NCBI GenBank assembly: GCA_973895155.1 | Contig: OZ316899.1 | Coordinates: forward strand, 11,781,775 to 11,845,774 | DNA: 64,000 nt | Source of the DNA: Marsupella aquatica | Lineage: Eukaryota > Plantae > Marchantiophyta | Reading direction: 5' to 3' | Shown here: in pieces, positions 61,643 through 64,000 of the stretch | Layout of the letters: every line of letters starts with the position of its first letter | How positions within the stretch are numbered: position 1 is the stretch's first letter | Notes under the pieces: model-generated | Database searches by the model: none | What the model saw: the letters and a program-made list of their open reading frames with translations, nothing else | What the model was told of the DNA's origin: nothing | Made by a program: the position numbers and the translations under genes

Positions 61643-61743
61643 CCCTCTCATTCCAAGATTGCAGCGCCTCTATAGGTGTCCATCCATTTCTAAGATGATG
61701 ACTTGGACCTCTGATCAGAAGAGTACAGATGGTTTGCAACGTC

Positions 61744-64000
61744 CACTAGTACATTTTTGGCGGTTTTCCGATACTCCTTTTGAGCCAAACGTCACTCATC
61801 CCATGCCAAACACTTCGGACAATATCCGATATGCCCTGCAACGTATTTTCCGATCCTGATACCATCGGACCTACATATTCCGATGTAAAACCCATCGCAT
61901 ACACTGTCCCATCGTACTACTATCGGACAGTATCTGACACTAAACATATCGGAAACTATGTCGCCATGACCGCATAATTGGTCCGAACCTTAATGCATCG
62001 CAAGATGTTTGCGTTGGTAGTTGTATCGGACTAGGACCGTCACGGAATGCATCGGATATTTGTGTCCGTTGGGTTTAGGGTTGGATAGTTTGTGCGTAAA
62101 AAATGATGTCGGACATTGTCCGTCGGATGTTGGATCGGATATCTCGTCAACAAAGGAGGAGAAGGTGTCCGTTGTGGAGAGGATCGGAAATGTGTGTCCA
62201 ATGGGTTTTATATGGAATAGTCCGTAGTTGGGAGTATCGGTCTGGTTTCTGTTTTTAGAAGGTGCAATGGAAATCCGATGGCTTTTTCATGGGATGGTCA
62301 ATGGGACATAAGGCGGGGGGATTCTTAGGAAGGGTATATAAGGTAAGGACACTTCTATATATAACCAAGAGATTTTGGGCATGTGCATACCATGACAATT
62401 AAAGAAGTAATGATGCCAACTTTTATATTGCTGATTAAAAAAAACATGAAGGTGGTGTGGTTTGGGGGGGGGGCTAGCTACATACAAAATATACTAACTA
62501 GCTTGTGGAGGGTCGGGGATGTCGTTGTCTTCCACTACAACGACATTGGGTCTCTCTTGGACTATAGACCGTGATCTAGGGATATAAGGCATGACAATGG
62601 ACCAATGTGGGTCATCTGGATAGGGTAGGTAAAAGCACTGCTCAAGGTGACGTGGGAAGGCAAAGGGATCTGAGGACCTCCAATTGGAACTAATGACACT
62701 ATTTGCAGATGTCTTCAAACGGGTAAATCCGCACGCATCATCTTCACATGTTCGATTGTTGCCTACAAGATTCATCTTGAACCATTTGCACTTAAATACC
62801 ACCTCCTCCAAAGTAGTATGTGCATGGTACTTCACTGTCAGGATCTCATCAATCTTCCCATAATGGGCCACGGTGGAGCGAATGGGGTTCATGTCCGACG
62901 TGCTACTCTGGGAATCCTGGGTGAACCAACCCATCACCCCACAATCTTGTGTAGCTGCTCTCTTCTCATCAAGTCGTTCCACACGGAAATGTCTCCCCTT
63001 TGACCACATTGCCGTCCGAGTCATGACTTTAAGCAGTGGACCATGAACCAAGGTACAAAGCTTATCAGTCACTTGTGGGTAATGTAATATACTATCTCCG
63101 GTACCCACCAAGGCATCCACTTCTAACAACTTTGATTTCATGTATGGGTGAAACTTGGGAAACAACCGTGGCCGTCGACTATTTTGCTTCTCCTCCTCAT
63201 AAAATGTTGTCCACTCCCCTACAACCTCTGGTGAGTTATACGACATAATGTTGTAAGTTGCAAATGCTCTGCTGAGCCTAAGCCACGCTCTCCTGATGCC
63301 CCAGTGAGTCTATCATCCTCATAGTCTGCCTCTCGTGCTGCCTCATCTATCCATCCCCTAGGTGCCCTTGGATCTAGTGTGGCAACTATGTTTGTACAAT
63401 AAAACATACTCTCTGCTCCAAGATGACGCTCTGCAATGCTACCTTCCACCCTAGTCCGATTAGAGACATATGACTTCATCACCCCCATGTAACGCTCTAC
63501 CCAATACATCCATCGACAATGTACCGGGCCTGCAATTGCTACCTCACGCACTAAATGTATGAGGAAATGAACCTGACCATCAAAGAATGAGGGTGGAAGT
63601 GCCTTCTCCAACTTGCAAACAACCTCTACTCCAAATATCTCCATCGCAGCAATGTCATCCTCTGGTACCTCCTTCTGACATACCCATCTCAAAAACTTGC
63701 CCAATGACCAAAGAGCATCACGAAGTTCCTCACTACCCAATCCAATAATCGCAACTGGAATGACATGTTCTAGTAACCGATGATAATCATGTGTTTTCAG
63801 GTACGATGGCCATTTTGGAGAATCATCCCCCCTAAATGCCTTACGAAGATTGGCACCATAACCTGTGGGAAACCTCATTGACCCAATCCGTCTGCGAAAC
63901 TCTATGCGCTCTGCCCTGGTCAAAACCCAAGGAGGATGGATGCTAGGGGGATCACCAGGGGGTCCAAAGATGGCCAAAAACCCAAAAGACCATGCATCCC
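61744..64000 (-). mobile_element. Third CACTA element (TIR CACTAGTACAT) inserted in the TnpD of copy 2; runs off the window
   Basis: cactagtacattttt interrupts DGLQR(H). Dense tccgat/atcgga subterminal repeats to ~62280. Confidence 0.9.
62494..63977 (-). pseudogene. TnpD transposase C-terminal half (DUF4218/DUF4216-type), frameshift near 63245
   Basis: MRFPTGY, LKTHDYH, PPSFFDGQVHFLIHL, GPVHCRWMYWVERYM, VEGSIAE; YGKIDEI, VFKCKWF, DPFAFPRHLEQCFY. Confidence 0.9.

Larger units (their letters stand above)
39185..61743 (+). mobile_element. Cargo-bearing CACTA copy 2 (left TIR present; continues beyond nested elements)
   Basis: Starts CACTAGTAGAAATACC (12-bp match to the copy 1 terminus) with tgacta/gaccaa subterminal motifs. 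PHD, BRCT and TnpD genes occur in the same order as in copy 1. Confidence 0.85.

Overview
Eukaryotic nuclear DNA made almost entirely of nested transposable elements. The host is probably a liverwort or other bryophyte, inferred from the mitochondrial cox2/nad1 fragments and the TE lineages. No ordinary host gene is evident. The main feature is two diverged, large CACTA (En/Spm) elements: copy 1 at ~4599-25144 and copy 2 from 39185 to beyond 61743, both with a CACTAGTAGAAA terminus. Upstream of their TnpD transposase they carry the same ordered, intronless cargo: a stand-alone EDM2-like PHD-finger protein and a tandem BRCT protein resembling the DNA polymerase lambda BRCT. Copy 1 also carries an F-box ORF and a Cys/His-rich ORF. 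This looks like a TE-encoded chromatin-reader / DNA-repair / ubiquitin-adaptor toolkit (function is hypothesis). Nested in or between them are a Bianca-type Copia lacking its 3' LTR; a very young intact Athila/Phygy-like Gypsy with 3162-bp LTRs and a CCCTC TSD; a non-autonomous CACTA with a related coding element; two LINE remnants; a solo-LTR-like insertion; two homologous PMD/Transposase_32-like plus coiled-coil genes that appear to sit inside LTR-like modules; and a composite cox2+nad1 NUMT inserted in the second BRCT gene. Family assignments come from motif recognition by eye, not from database searches.
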